DNA of 64,000 bases from Candidatus Lustribacter sp. (GCA_965277805.1 OZ255842.1:2432001-2496000), one strand, 5' to 3'. Shown: positions 10,063-20,264, counted from the stretch's first letter. Notes: a model not told the origin generated them from the letters alone. Program-made: numbers and translations.

Positions 10063-11009
10063 AACTTTGCGATCAGATCGCTCGCCTTGAGCTGGCGGCC
10101 GATGTATTTGTATTTGTAGCCGAGGTCGAGATAGGGCTGCAGCATGTCGGGCGTGAGCGTGGTTCCATACGGTGCGCGGCCCATCGTGCGCACGACGTCC
10201 GGATCGAGCTTCGCATATTTGGCCAAGCTCGCGGCACTCTCGTCGGGATGACCGTTCGCCCACACGGCGGTGGAGTAGATCGTCGTGCGCAGCCGCCGCA
10301 TCAGCGCTGCATTTGCCGTGAGGTATTCCGGCCGCGCAAACCAGCCGCCCACCATGAAATGCTTGCCGTACACGTCCATCGGATGACCGATGATGCGCAG
10401 GCCGCCTTCTTTCATCACCGTGCTGAGCGTCGGCTCGGCGATCGGAACCGCGGCGACCGTGCCGCGTTTGAGCGCCGGCGCCATCGCCGAGAACGGCAGC
10501 TCGACCAAATGCACCGTCGATGAATCGCCGCCGTTCTGATCGATCCACGCTACGACGTGCAGCGAATTCGAATCGCGGATTGCCGTCGTGCCGATCGTCT
10601 TGCCGTTGAGGTCTTTGGCTTGCTGGATCGGGGAATCGGCCGCGACGCACAACGCCACTTCAGCCGGATTATAGGTGGCCGCGACGGCGAAGAATACGAA
10701 CGGCACGCCGTGTTCGTACGCATTGGCGAGCGAGATCGCGTTCGTGATGCCGACGTCGATCGCATTGCCGGCGAGCGCCGCCGTCACGCCGGCCCCGGTC
10801 GCAAACGGCTCGACGGTCACATTGAGCCCGTCGCGCGTGAAAAACCCGCGGTCTTCGGCATAGAACGGCTCGGCGTATGAGTCGTTCGGGGTTGACCCGA
10901 TGCGAATCAAGGGCGCCCCGGGCGTTTGCGCGTTCGCAGCCGCGCCGAGCGAGAGCTGCGCGGCGATCATCGCCAAGAATGACGAGCGGGCATGCTTCAC
11001 GATTGACAA
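10059..11009 (-). CDS. ABC solute-binding protein (SsuA/NMT1-like)
   Basis: Signal peptide, DLNGKTIG, WIDQNGGDSS, IAEP. Confidence 0.85.
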   Translation of the reverse strand: MSIVKHARSSFLAMIAAQLSLGAAANAQTPGAPLIRIGSTPNDSYAEPFYAEDRGFFTRDGLNVTVEPFATGAGVTAALAGNAIDVGITNAISLANAYEHGVPFVFFAVAATYNPAEVALCVAADSPIQQAKDLNGKTIGTTAIRDSNSLHVVAWIDQNGGDSSTVHLVELPFSAMAPALKRGTVAAVPIAEPTLSTVMKEGGLRIIGHPMDVYGKHFMVGGWFARPEYLTANAALMRRLRTTIYSTAVWANGHPDESAASLAKYAKLDPDVVRTMGRAPYGTTLTPDMLQPYLDLGYKYKYIGRQLKASDLIAKF

Positions 11010-11037
11010 GACCTCCGTGCTCCGGCATTCTGAACCC

Positions 11038-11757
11038 GTGATACAAACGGTTCGGGTTGATGTGAGCGACGGAACGGAGATGATCCTTCACGTTGCAAAG
11101 CCGGCCTCCGGCGCGACGGGCAGCGGCATTCTGGTGCTGCAAGAAGCGTACGGCGTCAATGGCTGGTTGATTTCAGTGGCTGAACGCTTCGCTGGACTCG
11201 GCTTCGTCGCGGTCGCACCCGAACTCTATCACCGCAGTGGCCACGGCAGCGTGCTCTCGTACGACGCAACCAGCGAAGATCGCTTGCCGTTCCGCAAAGC
11301 AGTAACGGCCGAGGGCCTAGGACTCGACATGCGCGCGGCTTACGACTGGCTCGCAAGCGCAAGCGGCGGCGGGGTAGATCCGAAACGCCTCGGCGCGGTC
11401 GGGTTCTGCATGGGCGGACGGACGGCATTTCTGGCCAACGCGCACGTGCCGCTCGCCGCCGCGATCTCGTTCTACGGCGGCAATATCCCGCAGTGGTTCG
11501 ATCTCGTGCCGCGCCAGCACGGGCCGCTCTTGATGTTTTGGGGCGAGAAAGACGAAAATATCTCGCGCGAACAGCGGCGCCAGGTTGCCGACACGCTCAA
11601 CGCGGCCGGTATCGTGCACACCCAAGCGGTTTTCTCGGAGGCCGGTCACGGATTTTTCCGCGACGTGCGCGACGATGCGTACGAGCCGCGGGCCGCAGGA
11701 CAGGCTTGGGCGATGAGTGTAGAGTTTCTCCGTCAGAACGGTTTGCTCGCAAACTAG
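11038..11757 (+). CDS. Dienelactone hydrolase family protein
   Basis: LQEAYGVN, GFCMGG nucleophile elbow, AGHGFF; GTG start inferred. Confidence 0.9.
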   Translation: MIQTVRVDVSDGTEMILHVAKPASGATGSGILVLQEAYGVNGWLISVAERFAGLGFVAVAPELYHRSGHGSVLSYDATSEDRLPFRKAVTAEGLGLDMRAAYDWLASASGGGVDPKRLGAVGFCMGGRTAFLANAHVPLAAAISFYGGNIPQWFDLVPRQHGPLLMFWGEKDENISREQRRQVADTLNAAGIVHTQAVFSEAGHGFFRDVRDDAYEPRAAGQAWAMSVEFLRQNGLLAN

Positions 11758-11769
11758 TGGAGAAGTGAT

Positions 11770-12303
11770 ATGCCCAGCTTTACGTGGAGTCCCGAACAAA
11801 TCGAAGCGTTTGAGAAGAAACTGGCGACGCGCCCGCACTTCTGCCGCTTCAACCACGTGAGCTTGTACGTGAAGGACGTCGAGCTGTCGACGAAGTTCTA
11901 CGCCGAAGTTCTCGGCGGCCGCATCGTCAACCAGGGCACCCCGAACTTTGCCGAAGTCGACGTCGCCGGAACGGTCATCGGTTTGAGCGACGTGCGCGGC
12001 GCCGTCGCCGCCGCCGATGCTGAATTTCCGCACATCGCCTTCCAGGTCGAGTCGGAGCACTTTCTCCCGATGAAGAAATGGCTCGAAGATCACGGCGTGA
12101 AGACGCACGCGCCCTGGACCCGCCACCACGTCGAAGGCTTGATGTACTTCAAAGACCCCTCCGGCAACCTTATCGAGATGTACTGCCCAAAATTCGCGGG
12201 CGCCAAGGACTTGCAGAAGTCCGGCACGATCATCGGCGTCGCCGATCTCACGCAACTCGACTACGAGTGGGATCCGAAGTTCGTCGACGCCGTGCTCTCG
12301 TGA
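11770..12303 (+). CDS. VOC (glyoxalase/extradiol dioxygenase) family protein
   Basis: NHVSLYVKD..S..FY..VLG, PHIAF, YFKDPSGNLIE. Confidence 0.88.
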   Translation: MPSFTWSPEQIEAFEKKLATRPHFCRFNHVSLYVKDVELSTKFYAEVLGGRIVNQGTPNFAEVDVAGTVIGLSDVRGAVAAADAEFPHIAFQVESEHFLPMKKWLEDHGVKTHAPWTRHHVEGLMYFKDPSGNLIEMYCPKFAGAKDLQKSGTIIGVADLTQLDYEWDPKFVDAVLS

Positions 12304-13235
12304 ACCGCCGGGGTCTGATCGGCGCGGGCAGCGCGGCCCTGCTTGCGGGATCGCGCACGCCCGTCCGCGCGCAAACGCCGTCGTCGATTCGCATCGGCAT
12401 CAACCTCAACGATTCGAGCTTGGGGCCCGCCTACGCGGTCGAGCAAGGCCTCTTTCAAAAGGCCGGCCTGAACGTCGAGCTGCAGAACTTCTCGAACACC
12501 AACACCACGGCCCAAGCGATCGTCGCCGGCGCGCTTGACGTCGGCGTCGTTGACTGCGTCGCGGTTGCCAACGCCTTCATTCACGGCTTTCCGCTGGCGG
12601 CGTTTGCCGGCGGCTGCCTGTTCGCGAAGTCGAGCCCCACGCTGGTGATGGTCACCGCGAAGAGCAGCGCCGTCCACGGCCCACGCGATCTGGAGAATCA
12701 GACCGTCGCCGTACCCGCCCTCAAGGGCCTTAGCGCGAGCATGGCGATCGAATGGCTGCGCGTCAACGGTGCCGATCCGGCCAAGGTGAAGTTTCTCGAG
12801 CTGCCCTTTCCCGACATGAACACCGGCCTCGAACGGGGCACGATCGCGGCAGCGCTGCAAGGCGAGCCGTTCTTGAGCAACGCGAAAGCCGAGCAACGCG
12901 CGCTCGGCGTGCCGTTCGAAGCGATGGGCAAGCCGTTCTACATCAACGTCTACGCCGCGTCGCGCGACTGGCTCGCCGGCAACACCGCGACCGCACACAA
13001 GCTGGTAGGCATCCTCTACGACGTCGCGCGCTGGGTCAACACGCACCGCCCGGAATCGGCCACGATCGAGAGCCGCCTGACGAAGTTGCCGCTCGACGTT
13101 GCGCAAACGATGGCCCGCAACGTCTTCGCCACATCGTTCGACCCCCAACTCCTCGACCCGATCCTCAACGTCGCCGTCCGCTACCAGCTCACCTCACGCG
13201 CCGTGCACGCGCAAGAGATCGCCTTCCCCGTCTAG
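12300..13235 (+). CDS. ABC solute-binding protein (SsuA/NMT1-like), Tat-like signal
   Basis: VNRRGLIG signal, GLFQKAGLNVEL, QGEPF; GTGA overlap with VOC gene. Confidence 0.85.
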   Translation: MNRRGLIGAGSAALLAGSRTPVRAQTPSSIRIGINLNDSSLGPAYAVEQGLFQKAGLNVELQNFSNTNTTAQAIVAGALDVGVVDCVAVANAFIHGFPLAAFAGGCLFAKSSPTLVMVTAKSSAVHGPRDLENQTVAVPALKGLSASMAIEWLRVNGADPAKVKFLELPFPDMNTGLERGTIAAALQGEPFLSNAKAEQRALGVPFEAMGKPFYINVYAASRDWLAGNTATAHKLVGILYDVARWVNTHRPESATIESRLTKLPLDVAQTMARNVFATSFDPQLLDPILNVAVRYQLTSRAVHAQEIAFPV

Positions 13236-13238
13236 CGC

Positions 13239-14504
13239 TTAGGGCGTGACGGGCGTGCGCCAGACGTCGTGCGGGTTTTCGCCCGCGGGCACGCGCGCGC
13301 TGCGCACGACGAGATCGCGACACGGGTTCGCCGTTTGCGAATCGGTCATGAGCGGAAGGCCGCCGTTGCTCACGATCTCGATGTTCGCCAGCATCTGGCG
13401 GCGCATCGCGATCAAGCCCTTATCGGTCGTCGCCAGATGTTCGGTCGTGCGGTCGAGCACGCTTCCCTGGCTCTCGACGGCAAAGCGGTCGTGGTCCTGA
13501 AAATTCCGGCCCATGCCGGTGAACGTACGCGAGTGCTGTTCGTCGCGGTTTTGCATATAGCGATTGCGCGCGGCGCGCGGCCGCTCGTACGATGATTCCG
13601 AGGTGAAGTCGTTCTGCGAGCGCTCGAGAAACGCCACGTCGACCGGGCCGTCGAGGCGAAACATGATGCGGTACTTCCAATGCGTGACGTCGTCGATCGG
13701 AATGTGAAAGTGCAGGCTGTAGTGCAGGTTCTCATCGAGCTGCTGCACCTTCGGATCGACGACGTGTCCGGCCGGAAATGCCGACCCGTTTGGCATGATG
13801 AAGTTGCTGACGCGCACGTACTTCTCACCCTCGCCCGTATCGCGAATCGCATACAGACGTAGGCCGTATGGCGTTTCCTCGACGTCGATCTGCGGCGCGG
13901 CATCGATGCTCGTGAGCACATGGCTCTGGCGCGGCGGACCGTCGAACTCGAAGGTGCGGTGCAAGAACGAGAGATGCTGCGGGTCGACGTTGCCTTCGTT
14001 ACCCTGCAGGTAGTTGCACTCGTGCAGAAGTTTCGTTGCCCAGCTCTGCTCGCGCGGCGCAACGAGCCACGGGAGATCGGGAAGCGGCGGCGGTTCGCCG
14101 GGACCAAGATACGCCCAGATGATGCCGCCGGCATCGCGCGCCGGATAGGCCGGCTGCTTGATGCGCGCGCGATACGTGCTCTCGGCCGGCTCGCCGGGCT
14201 GTTCCAAGCACGTGCCGTCGCCGCCGAAGCGCCAGCCGTGATAGAGGCAGCGCAGCGTCCCGTTCTCGACGCGCCCGTAACTCAGATCGGCTTTGCGATG
14301 CGTGCAGTGCAGATCGAGCATCGCCGGCGCGCCGTTCGCATCGCGAAAGAGCACGAAGTCTTCGGAGAGCAAGCGCGTGTAGATCGGATCGGCGCCGAGT
14401 TCGTTCGAAAGCGCGGCGGGTTGCCAGTAGCGGCGCATGAACGCTCCGCCCGGCGTACCCGGACCGGTTTGCGTCAGCAGCGCATTTTCTTCAGCGGTAA
14501 GCAC
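13239..14504 (-). CDS. Rieske oxygenase alpha subunit (phthalate 4,5-dioxygenase-like, more divergent copy)
   Basis: LTAEENALLTQTGPGTPGG, CTH..CLYH, EGNVDPQHLSFLH; GTG start inferred. Confidence 0.9.
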   Translation of the reverse strand: MLTAEENALLTQTGPGTPGGAFMRRYWQPAALSNELGADPIYTRLLSEDFVLFRDANGAPAMLDLHCTHRKADLSYGRVENGTLRCLYHGWRFGGDGTCLEQPGEPAESTYRARIKQPAYPARDAGGIIWAYLGPGEPPPLPDLPWLVAPREQSWATKLLHECNYLQGNEGNVDPQHLSFLHRTFEFDGPPRQSHVLTSIDAAPQIDVEETPYGLRLYAIRDTGEGEKYVRVSNFIMPNGSAFPAGHVVDPKVQQLDENLHYSLHFHIPIDDVTHWKYRIMFRLDGPVDVAFLERSQNDFTSESSYERPRAARNRYMQNRDEQHSRTFTGMGRNFQDHDRFAVESQGSVLDRTTEHLATTDKGLIAMRRQMLANIEIVSNGGLPLMTDSQTANPCRDLVVRSARVPAGENPHDVWRTPVTP

Positions 14505-14563
14505 AGCGTTTATTGCTTGAAGCGGACCGGGCACGGCACCTGCCCGCGGCGAAGGCAGCCGCG

Positions 14564-15502
14564 ATGATTCGCATGAACCGCCGCCACGCACTGGCCTTGG
14601 GGACGACGGCGCTCGCGCTCGGCTTCACACGCACCGCCGGCGCGCAAACCCCCGCGCCGGTGCGCGTGGGCGTGGCCCTCAACGACCCCTACATGGAGGC
14701 GTACTATGCCCGCGACCGCAGCTTCTTCAGCAACGCCGGCGTAACCGTCGACATCCAACCGCTCGCTAACGGCGGCCGGATTCTGCAAGCCGTCGCGGGC
14801 AATGCGATCGACGTCGGCGTCGGCGAACTCACCCAAATCGCCAACGCGATCGAACACGGCGTACCGCTGGCCGTCTTCGCCGGCGGCGCGGTCCAGCGGC
14901 CCGAAGATCCGACGCTGATCTTGTGCGTCGCGAAAGACGCACCCATTCGCAGCGCCAAGGATCTCGAAGGCAAAACAGTTGCGGTGAGCACGCTGAATTC
15001 GCTGCCGGCCGCAGCGACGATGTTGTGGCTCGAGAAGGGCGGCGCTGACCTCTCCAAAGTGAAGCTGTTCGAATTACCGCTCGGCGAAATGGGCTCGGCG
15101 CTCGCGCGCGGCACCGTAGCCGCCGCGCTGATGGGCGAGCCGTTCATCACCGACAACAAAGACGCGATCAAGCATCTCTCCGTGCCGTTCGACAGCGTCG
15201 CGCCGAGCTTCTACATCGGCTGCTGGTATGCGCAGCGCGATTGGCTGACGAAAAACGCGGATACGGCGAAGCGCTTCGCATCCGCGATCTACGCGGCCGG
15301 CGGCTGGGCGAACGCGCATCGTCCCGACTCCGCAGCGATCGAAGCCAACTACGTCAAGCTCGACCTGGCGCGTCTGACCGCGATGCCGCGCAACACGTTC
15401 TCAACCGCGCTCGATCCGAAACTAATGCAGCCGGTGCTCGACCTGGCGCTGCGTTATAAGATGTTGGCGACCCCGCTCTTAGCCGCCAACATCATCGCCT
15501 AA
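14564..15502 (+). CDS. ABC solute-binding protein (SsuA/NMT1-like), Tat-like signal
   Basis: MNRRHALAL, DLEGKTVAV, MGEPF. Confidence 0.85.
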   Translation: MIRMNRRHALALGTTALALGFTRTAGAQTPAPVRVGVALNDPYMEAYYARDRSFFSNAGVTVDIQPLANGGRILQAVAGNAIDVGVGELTQIANAIEHGVPLAVFAGGAVQRPEDPTLILCVAKDAPIRSAKDLEGKTVAVSTLNSLPAAATMLWLEKGGADLSKVKLFELPLGEMGSALARGTVAAALMGEPFITDNKDAIKHLSVPFDSVAPSFYIGCWYAQRDWLTKNADTAKRFASAIYAAGGWANAHRPDSAAIEANYVKLDLARLTAMPRNTFSTALDPKLMQPVLDLALRYKMLATPLLAANIIA

Positions 15503-15504
15503 CG

Positions 15505-16047
15505 CTATTTCGCGGGAATGGCCTGAATTTCGAGCGTGACGTCGACGTCGTCGGCGAGCATGAAGCCGCCGTTTGCCAGCGGCTGGTTGAACGTGATGCC
15601 GAAATCGACGCGGTTGATGCGCGTGGTCGCACTCCAGCCGATGCGGTCGTTGCCCCACGGATCGGTGACGTGACCGGCAGCGGTGCCGTTCAGCGTTACG
15701 CTCTTCGTCACGCCGCGCAGCGTGAGGTCGCCCGCAACGGTGAACGTCGAGCCGCTGCCGGTGACCGACGTGCTGACGAACGTCATCTTGCCGTGTTCGC
15801 CGCTGTTGAAAAAGTCGGGCGCTTGCAAGTGACCGTCGCGCTTGGGCTCTTGGGTGTCGACCGACGTCACGTCGATCTCGGCCACGATCTTCGTTGGGAT
15901 GTCGCCGGTCTCGCCGAGCGTGATCGTCCCGGTCAGACCGTGGAACGTGCCGCGGATATTGCTGAGCATCAGATGCCGGATGGCGAAGCTGACGTCCGAG
16001 TGAGCCGGATCGATTGCATACGTCCGGGTCGTGGTGGTGGTTTGCAT
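15505..16047 (-). CDS. yceI: YceI-family lipid/polyisoprenoid-binding protein
   Basis: IDPAHSDVSFAIRHLM, RDGHLQAPDFF, DPWG..R.G, INRVDFG. Confidence 0.9.
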   Translation of the reverse strand: MQTTTTTRTYAIDPAHSDVSFAIRHLMLSNIRGTFHGLTGTITLGETGDIPTKIVAEIDVTSVDTQEPKRDGHLQAPDFFNSGEHGKMTFVSTSVTGSGSTFTVAGDLTLRGVTKSVTLNGTAAGHVTDPWGNDRIGWSATTRINRVDFGITFNQPLANGGFMLADDVDVTLEIQAIPAK

Positions 16048-16054
16048 GGTTGAA

Positions 16055-16942
16055 GTGTCGCAGACGATCGATACCCCAGCTAGCCGGGCCGTTATCCCCG
16101 GGATAGGGCCCACCACGCTAACTCCGAGCGGCGACTTCGAGACCGAACGCCGTCACGAGCTCCGGCGCTTCCTAATGAGTCGGCGCGCTCGCTTGCAGCC
16201 GGCCGACGTCGGCCTGCCCGAAACGGCCCGCCGCCGCACCCCGGGTCTGCGCCGCGAGGAAGTGGCTCAGTTGGCGGGCCTCAGCGCCGAATGGTACACG
16301 CTCTTCGAGATGGCCAAGGACTTGCGTGTGTCGACGCGCACGGTCGACGCGGTCGCTAAAGCCCTGCGGCTAAGCGAGCCGGAGACGCGCCACTTGCACG
16401 GCCTCGTGAGCGGGGATCTGCCGCGACAGACGCCGACGGCCACCGGTGAGGACGTCGCTCCCGCGTTACTTGCCGTCCTCGACGGCTACACGGCCGGACC
16501 GGCGATGCTCCTGAACACGCGCATGGACGTCATCGCCGCAAACCGGCTTGCGGGCGCGGTCTTCGGCGACCTGATCCAAGCCGCCGGCGAGCGTAAAAAT
16601 TGGCTTTGGTACCTCTACGCGAACCACGAGCGGATCAGCGAATGGGAGACGCAAGCGCGTCAAGTCGCCGCGACGTTTCGCGGCGTGTTCTGCGAGCACG
16701 CAACCGACCAAAGCTACGTCGAACTCGTGCGCAGCTTATCGGAGGCGAGCGAACCGTTCCGCACGCACTGGGAATCTCACGACGTGAGCCGGCTTGACGG
16801 AGCGCTGCCGTTGACGATCGAGCACACGGCCTACGGCACGCTGCGCTTCACGATGCAGGTGCTCGGGCAACCCGGCAGCGCTGCGACCTATTGCTGCTTT
16901 CTCGTTCCCGATGCCGAGTCGGCGCGCGCGTTATCCGGCTAA
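16055..16942 (+). CDS. XRE/MmyB-family transcriptional regulator
   Basis: RRARLQP.DVGLP..RRRTPGLRREEVAQLAG.S..WY plus MmyB ligand-binding-like C-domain; start uncertain. Confidence 0.88.
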   Translation: MSQTIDTPASRAVIPGIGPTTLTPSGDFETERRHELRRFLMSRRARLQPADVGLPETARRRTPGLRREEVAQLAGLSAEWYTLFEMAKDLRVSTRTVDAVAKALRLSEPETRHLHGLVSGDLPRQTPTATGEDVAPALLAVLDGYTAGPAMLLNTRMDVIAANRLAGAVFGDLIQAAGERKNWLWYLYANHERISEWETQARQVAATFRGVFCEHATDQSYVELVRSLSEASEPFRTHWESHDVSRLDGALPLTIEHTAYGTLRFTMQVLGQPGSAATYCCFLVPDAESARALSG

Positions 16943-17625
16943 CGCGACGCCGTTTTCATCGCCGCGTGAATCTTCTCGGTGTTGCCTTCTTGCCCGGCCT
17001 GGGCGATGGCGCTGGTTTGCGGCGCCATCGTGAACACTTCGCTGATGCTCGTGTAATCGTGGTAGCCCATCCGCGCTAGCGGCCGCATCCGTTCGATATC
17101 GAGCCGCCCGTCGGTGCGAATGTAGCCGTCGGCGATGTGCACGGCAACGACGCGTCCGATGATCAGCGTGAAGCTGCCCATCGGTGAGTCGCCCGGGATG
17201 AACACGGTCGTATGCAGTTTGCACTCGAAGTTCACCGGAGATTCGGCCACGCGCGGCGGCTTCACCAAGCGCGAAGCCGCTTTCGTCAGTCCGGTGACCT
17301 CGAACTCGTCGATCTCCGGGCCGTACTCGCGCGATGAGACGACGACCGCCTCGCGCAGCTCGTAGGTCGCCATGTTCCACACGAACTCGCCGGTGCGCTC
17401 GATGTTGACGACCGTGTCTTTTTCGCGCCCGTCGAAGTTCGCATTGCACGCCGCCATCACGTAGGGCGGGTCGAACGTGGCGTTGTTGAACTGACTGAAG
17501 GGCGCGAGGTTTGCGACGCCGTCGAGCGAGACCGTCGAGAGCCAGCCGATCGGCCGGGGCACGACGCACGATTTGAACGGATCGAAGGGCAAGCCGTGAT
17601 GCGACGTGCCCGGTTCGTAATACAT
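16939..17625 (-). CDS. Flavin reductase-like family protein
   Basis: HGLPFDPFKSCVVPRPIGWLST, NLAPFSQFN, KDTVVNIE, PLARMGY. Confidence 0.88.
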   Translation of the reverse strand: MYYEPGTSHHGLPFDPFKSCVVPRPIGWLSTVSLDGVANLAPFSQFNNATFDPPYVMAACNANFDGREKDTVVNIERTGEFVWNMATYELREAVVVSSREYGPEIDEFEVTGLTKAASRLVKPPRVAESPVNFECKLHTTVFIPGDSPMGSFTLIIGRVVAVHIADGYIRTDGRLDIERMRPLARMGYHDYTSISEVFTMAPQTSAIAQAGQEGNTEKIHAAMKTASR

Positions 17626-17671
17626 TCGCAACCCCTGACCTGCGACGGCTTCGCCGCAGGTCGGGACGCTA

Positions 17672-18379
17672 CTATGCCGTGGAGGCCGTGGCCTTTACGC
17701 GGGTCGGGTCGATCTTCACGCCGGGGCCCATCGTGCTGGCGAGCGTGATGGAGCGCAGGTAGGTGCCCTTGGCCGCGGACGGCTTGGCGCGCACGATCGC
17801 GTCGATCAGCGTGTCAATGTTCTCGGTCAGCGCCTTCTCTTCGAAGTTCGCCTTGCCGATGAGCGTATGCACGATCGCCGTCTTGTCGAGGCGATACTCG
17901 ACCTTACCGGCCTTGATGTCGCGGATCGCGTTGCCGATATTCGGCGTCACGGTACCCGACTTGGGGTTCGGCATCTTCTGCGCGAGGATACGGCCGAGTT
18001 CTTTACCGATCGTCGCCATCATATCGGGCGTCGCCACGGCGACGTCGAAATCGCTGAAACCGGCTTTGACCTTCTCGACCAAATCGTTTTCGCCGACCAC
18101 ATCGGCGCCGGCCGCCTCAGCCTCTTTGAGTTTGTCGCCGCGTGCAAACGCGATCACGCGCACCGACCGGCCCGTGCCGTGCGGCAGGCTGACCGTGCCG
18201 CGCACGTTCTGATCGGACTTCTTCGGATCGACGCCCAGCCGGACGTGGATCTCGATCGTCTCGTTGAATTTCGCGTTGGCGTTCTTCTTCACGAGCGCGA
18301 CCGCTTCGTTCGTCGGGAACAGCGCTTCGGCATCGAAGGCCGCGAGGAGGTTCTTGAACCGCTTACCGTGCTTCTTCAT
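17672..18379 (-). CDS. rplA: 50S ribosomal protein L1
   Basis: [38 protein letters not shown]. Confidence 0.98.
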   Translation of the reverse strand: MKKHGKRFKNLLAAFDAEALFPTNEAVALVKKNANAKFNETIEIHVRLGVDPKKSDQNVRGTVSLPHGTGRSVRVIAFARGDKLKEAEAAGADVVGENDLVEKVKAGFSDFDVAVATPDMMATIGKELGRILAQKMPNPKSGTVTPNIGNAIRDIKAGKVEYRLDKTAIVHTLIGKANFEEKALTENIDTLIDAIVRAKPSAAKGTYLRSITLASTMGPGVKIDPTRVKATASTA

Positions 18380-18380
18380 G

Positions 18381-18803
18381 CTAAGCGACCTCGACGCCCA
18401 TCGAACGGGCCGTGCCGGCGATGATCTTCTTCGCGTGTTCGATGTCGTTCGCGTTGAGGTCGGGCATCTTCGTCGTCGCGATCTCGGTGATCTGCGCTTG
18501 CGTCAGCTTGCCGACTTTATTGCGGTTGGGTTCTTTCGATCCGGATTCGAGTCCGAGCGCGCGCTTGATCAAGAACGACGCCGGCGGCGTCTTCGTGATG
18601 AACGTGAACGTGCGGTCTTCGAACACCGTGATCTCGACCGGGATGATCATCCCGGGCTGGCTCGCAGTACGTTCGTTGTACTGCTTGCAGAAATCCATGA
18701 TGTTGAGCGAGTAGGGCCCGAGTGCGGGGCCGACCGGCGGTGCCGGGGTCGCTTTGCCGGCCGGCAAGGCTAAGCCGATTTTGCCGACGACTTTCTTCGC
18801 CAT
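18381..18803 (-). CDS. rplK: 50S ribosomal protein L11
   Basis: [29 protein letters not shown]. Confidence 0.98.
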   Translation of the reverse strand: MAKKVVGKIGLALPAGKATPAPPVGPALGPYSLNIMDFCKQYNERTASQPGMIIPVEITVFEDRTFTFITKTPPASFLIKRALGLESGSKEPNRNKVGKLTQAQITEIATTKMPDLNANDIEHAKKIIAGTARSMGVEVA

Positions 18804-18905
18804 ATTGTACTCCTAACGAACCGCTCTCGCGATTCTGCCCCCTTGGGTCGGTCCGGCGGCGGGGTCGCCCTCCGGATCGGCGCGCCCGAAGCGCGCAACC
18901 TGTCA

Positions 18906-18935
18906 ATTATACCGTACCGGGTCTTACTTTGTCAC
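18906..18935 (-). promoter_or_regulatory. sigma70-type promoter for rplK-rplA
   Basis: Minus strand GTGACA-N18-TATAAT. Confidence 0.5.
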
Positions 18936-19265
18936 CCCGAGCGGAGCGCCGAACGGCGCGGAGCCGAGGGGCGTGCCACGACCGGTGCGTGCGGGGACCA
19001 AGTCGCCCTCGATCGTGGCGAGGGCCGCATGCCGGGCCGCCGCACTCACGAACCACCCGGCAAGCAAGCTCAAAAGCGCCACATCGTCGAGCAAGCCAAG
19101 AAACGGGATATCCCCAAGGATGTTCACCGGAGAGACGATCAGCAGGGCCAGCACCCCGGCGATGAGCTTGAGATGCAGCGGCACCAGGGGGCTCCGCATC
19201 AGCCGGAACGCGTCCTGAAACTTATGCCAAACCCGGAACAGACGAAAAAACCGCAACATTCTCAT
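18924..19265 (-). CDS. DUF1232/YkvA-like small membrane protein
   Basis: VPLHLKLI..L..VSP...D IPFLGLLDDVALL motif. Confidence 0.8.
   Translation of the reverse strand: MRMLRFFRLFRVWHKFQDAFRLMRSPLVPLHLKLIAGVLALLIVSPVNILGDIPFLGLLDDVALLSLLAGWFVSAAARHAALATIEGDLVPARTGRGTPLGSAPFGAPLGVTK
18930..18972. repeat. REP-like palindromic element (copy 1)
   Basis: TGTCACCCCGAGC-GGAGCGCCGAACGGCGCGGA-GCCGAGGGGC; shares ends with copy at 58683. Confidence 0.5.
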
Positions 19266-19300
19266 GCTGCGGTTCTACCCATTCGGGGCCCGAAAGTTGC

Positions 19301-19945
19301 CTAGACTTTTTCGATTTGGTAGAACTCGAGTTCGACCGGGGTTTCGCGGCCGAAGATCGAGATGAGCGCGCGGACCTTTTCTTTTTCCGGCTGGATGTCG
19401 TCGACGATGCCGGTGAAATCGAAGAACGGGCCCGAGGTGACCTTGATGCGGTCGCCCTTGGCGAAGTCGATCTTGAGCTTGGGCGTCTCGATGCCCATCT
19501 GCTTGAGGATCGTTTTGACTTCTTTTTCTTGCAGCGGAACGGGCTTCTCACCCGAACCAGGCGAGCCCACGAATCCGGTTACGCCGCTCGTGTTGCGCAC
19601 GACGTACCAAGACGCGTCGTCCATGTCCATCTCGACGAGCACGTAGCCCGGGAAGACTTTCTTCGGCGTGATCTTGCGCTTGCCGTCCTTGAACTCGACT
19701 TCGTCTTCCATCGGAACGAGCACGCGGAAGATCTTGTCCTGCATGTTCATCGAGTGGATGCGGCGCTCGAGGTTCGCCTTCACCTTGTTCTCGTAACCCG
19801 AGTAGGTGTGAATGACGAACCAGTTCTTATTGGTTTTCGCCTTCGCTGCGGGCGCCGTCGTGTCGACGTTCGCGTCGACGACGGCATCGCCGGCGTCTTC
19901 GACGATCGCGACGTTTTCGGCGTTTTCGACCGTAGTCTGATCCAT
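19301..19945 (-). CDS. nusG: Transcription termination/antitermination factor NusG
   Basis: WFVIHTYSGYENKVK, FPGYVLVEM, SIFGRETPVEL. Confidence 0.97.
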   Translation of the reverse strand: MDQTTVENAENVAIVEDAGDAVVDANVDTTAPAAKAKTNKNWFVIHTYSGYENKVKANLERRIHSMNMQDKIFRVLVPMEDEVEFKDGKRKITPKKVFPGYVLVEMDMDDASWYVVRNTSGVTGFVGSPGSGEKPVPLQEKEVKTILKQMGIETPKLKIDFAKGDRIKVTSGPFFDFTGIVDDIQPEKEKVRALISIFGRETPVELEFYQIEKV

Positions 19946-20238
19946 TAGCGTGTTCCGCCCGTGAGGAAGCTGAAGATCGCGCCGAACGCGAGATCGCAGA
20001 GATAGGTGAAGACGCCGACGCCGATGACCAGCATCACGGTCAGGATCGTCGCCGCGACCCACTCTTCGCGCGACGGCCACGTGACGCGCTTCATCTCCGA
20101 GATGATGCCGCGGAAAAACTCTTGCGTGGCGCGCGCGTTTTTCGCTCGAGCCGCGGTTGCGGCCGGGCGAGCGGCCGGCGTGCGGTTCGAGGCACCGGCG
20201 CGTGCCGGGGTTCCCGGACCTTTAGGAGTCGATTTCAT
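19945..20238 (-). CDS. secE: Preprotein translocase subunit SecE
   Basis: EMKRVTWPSR plus one TM helix; canonical position. Confidence 0.95.
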   Translation of the reverse strand: MKSTPKGPGTPARAGASNRTPAARPAATAARAKNARATQEFFRGIISEMKRVTWPSREEWVAATILTVMLVIGVGVFTYLCDLAFGAIFSFLTGGTR

Positions 20239-20264
20239 GGTGTGCTCTTATACCGCAAAAAATC

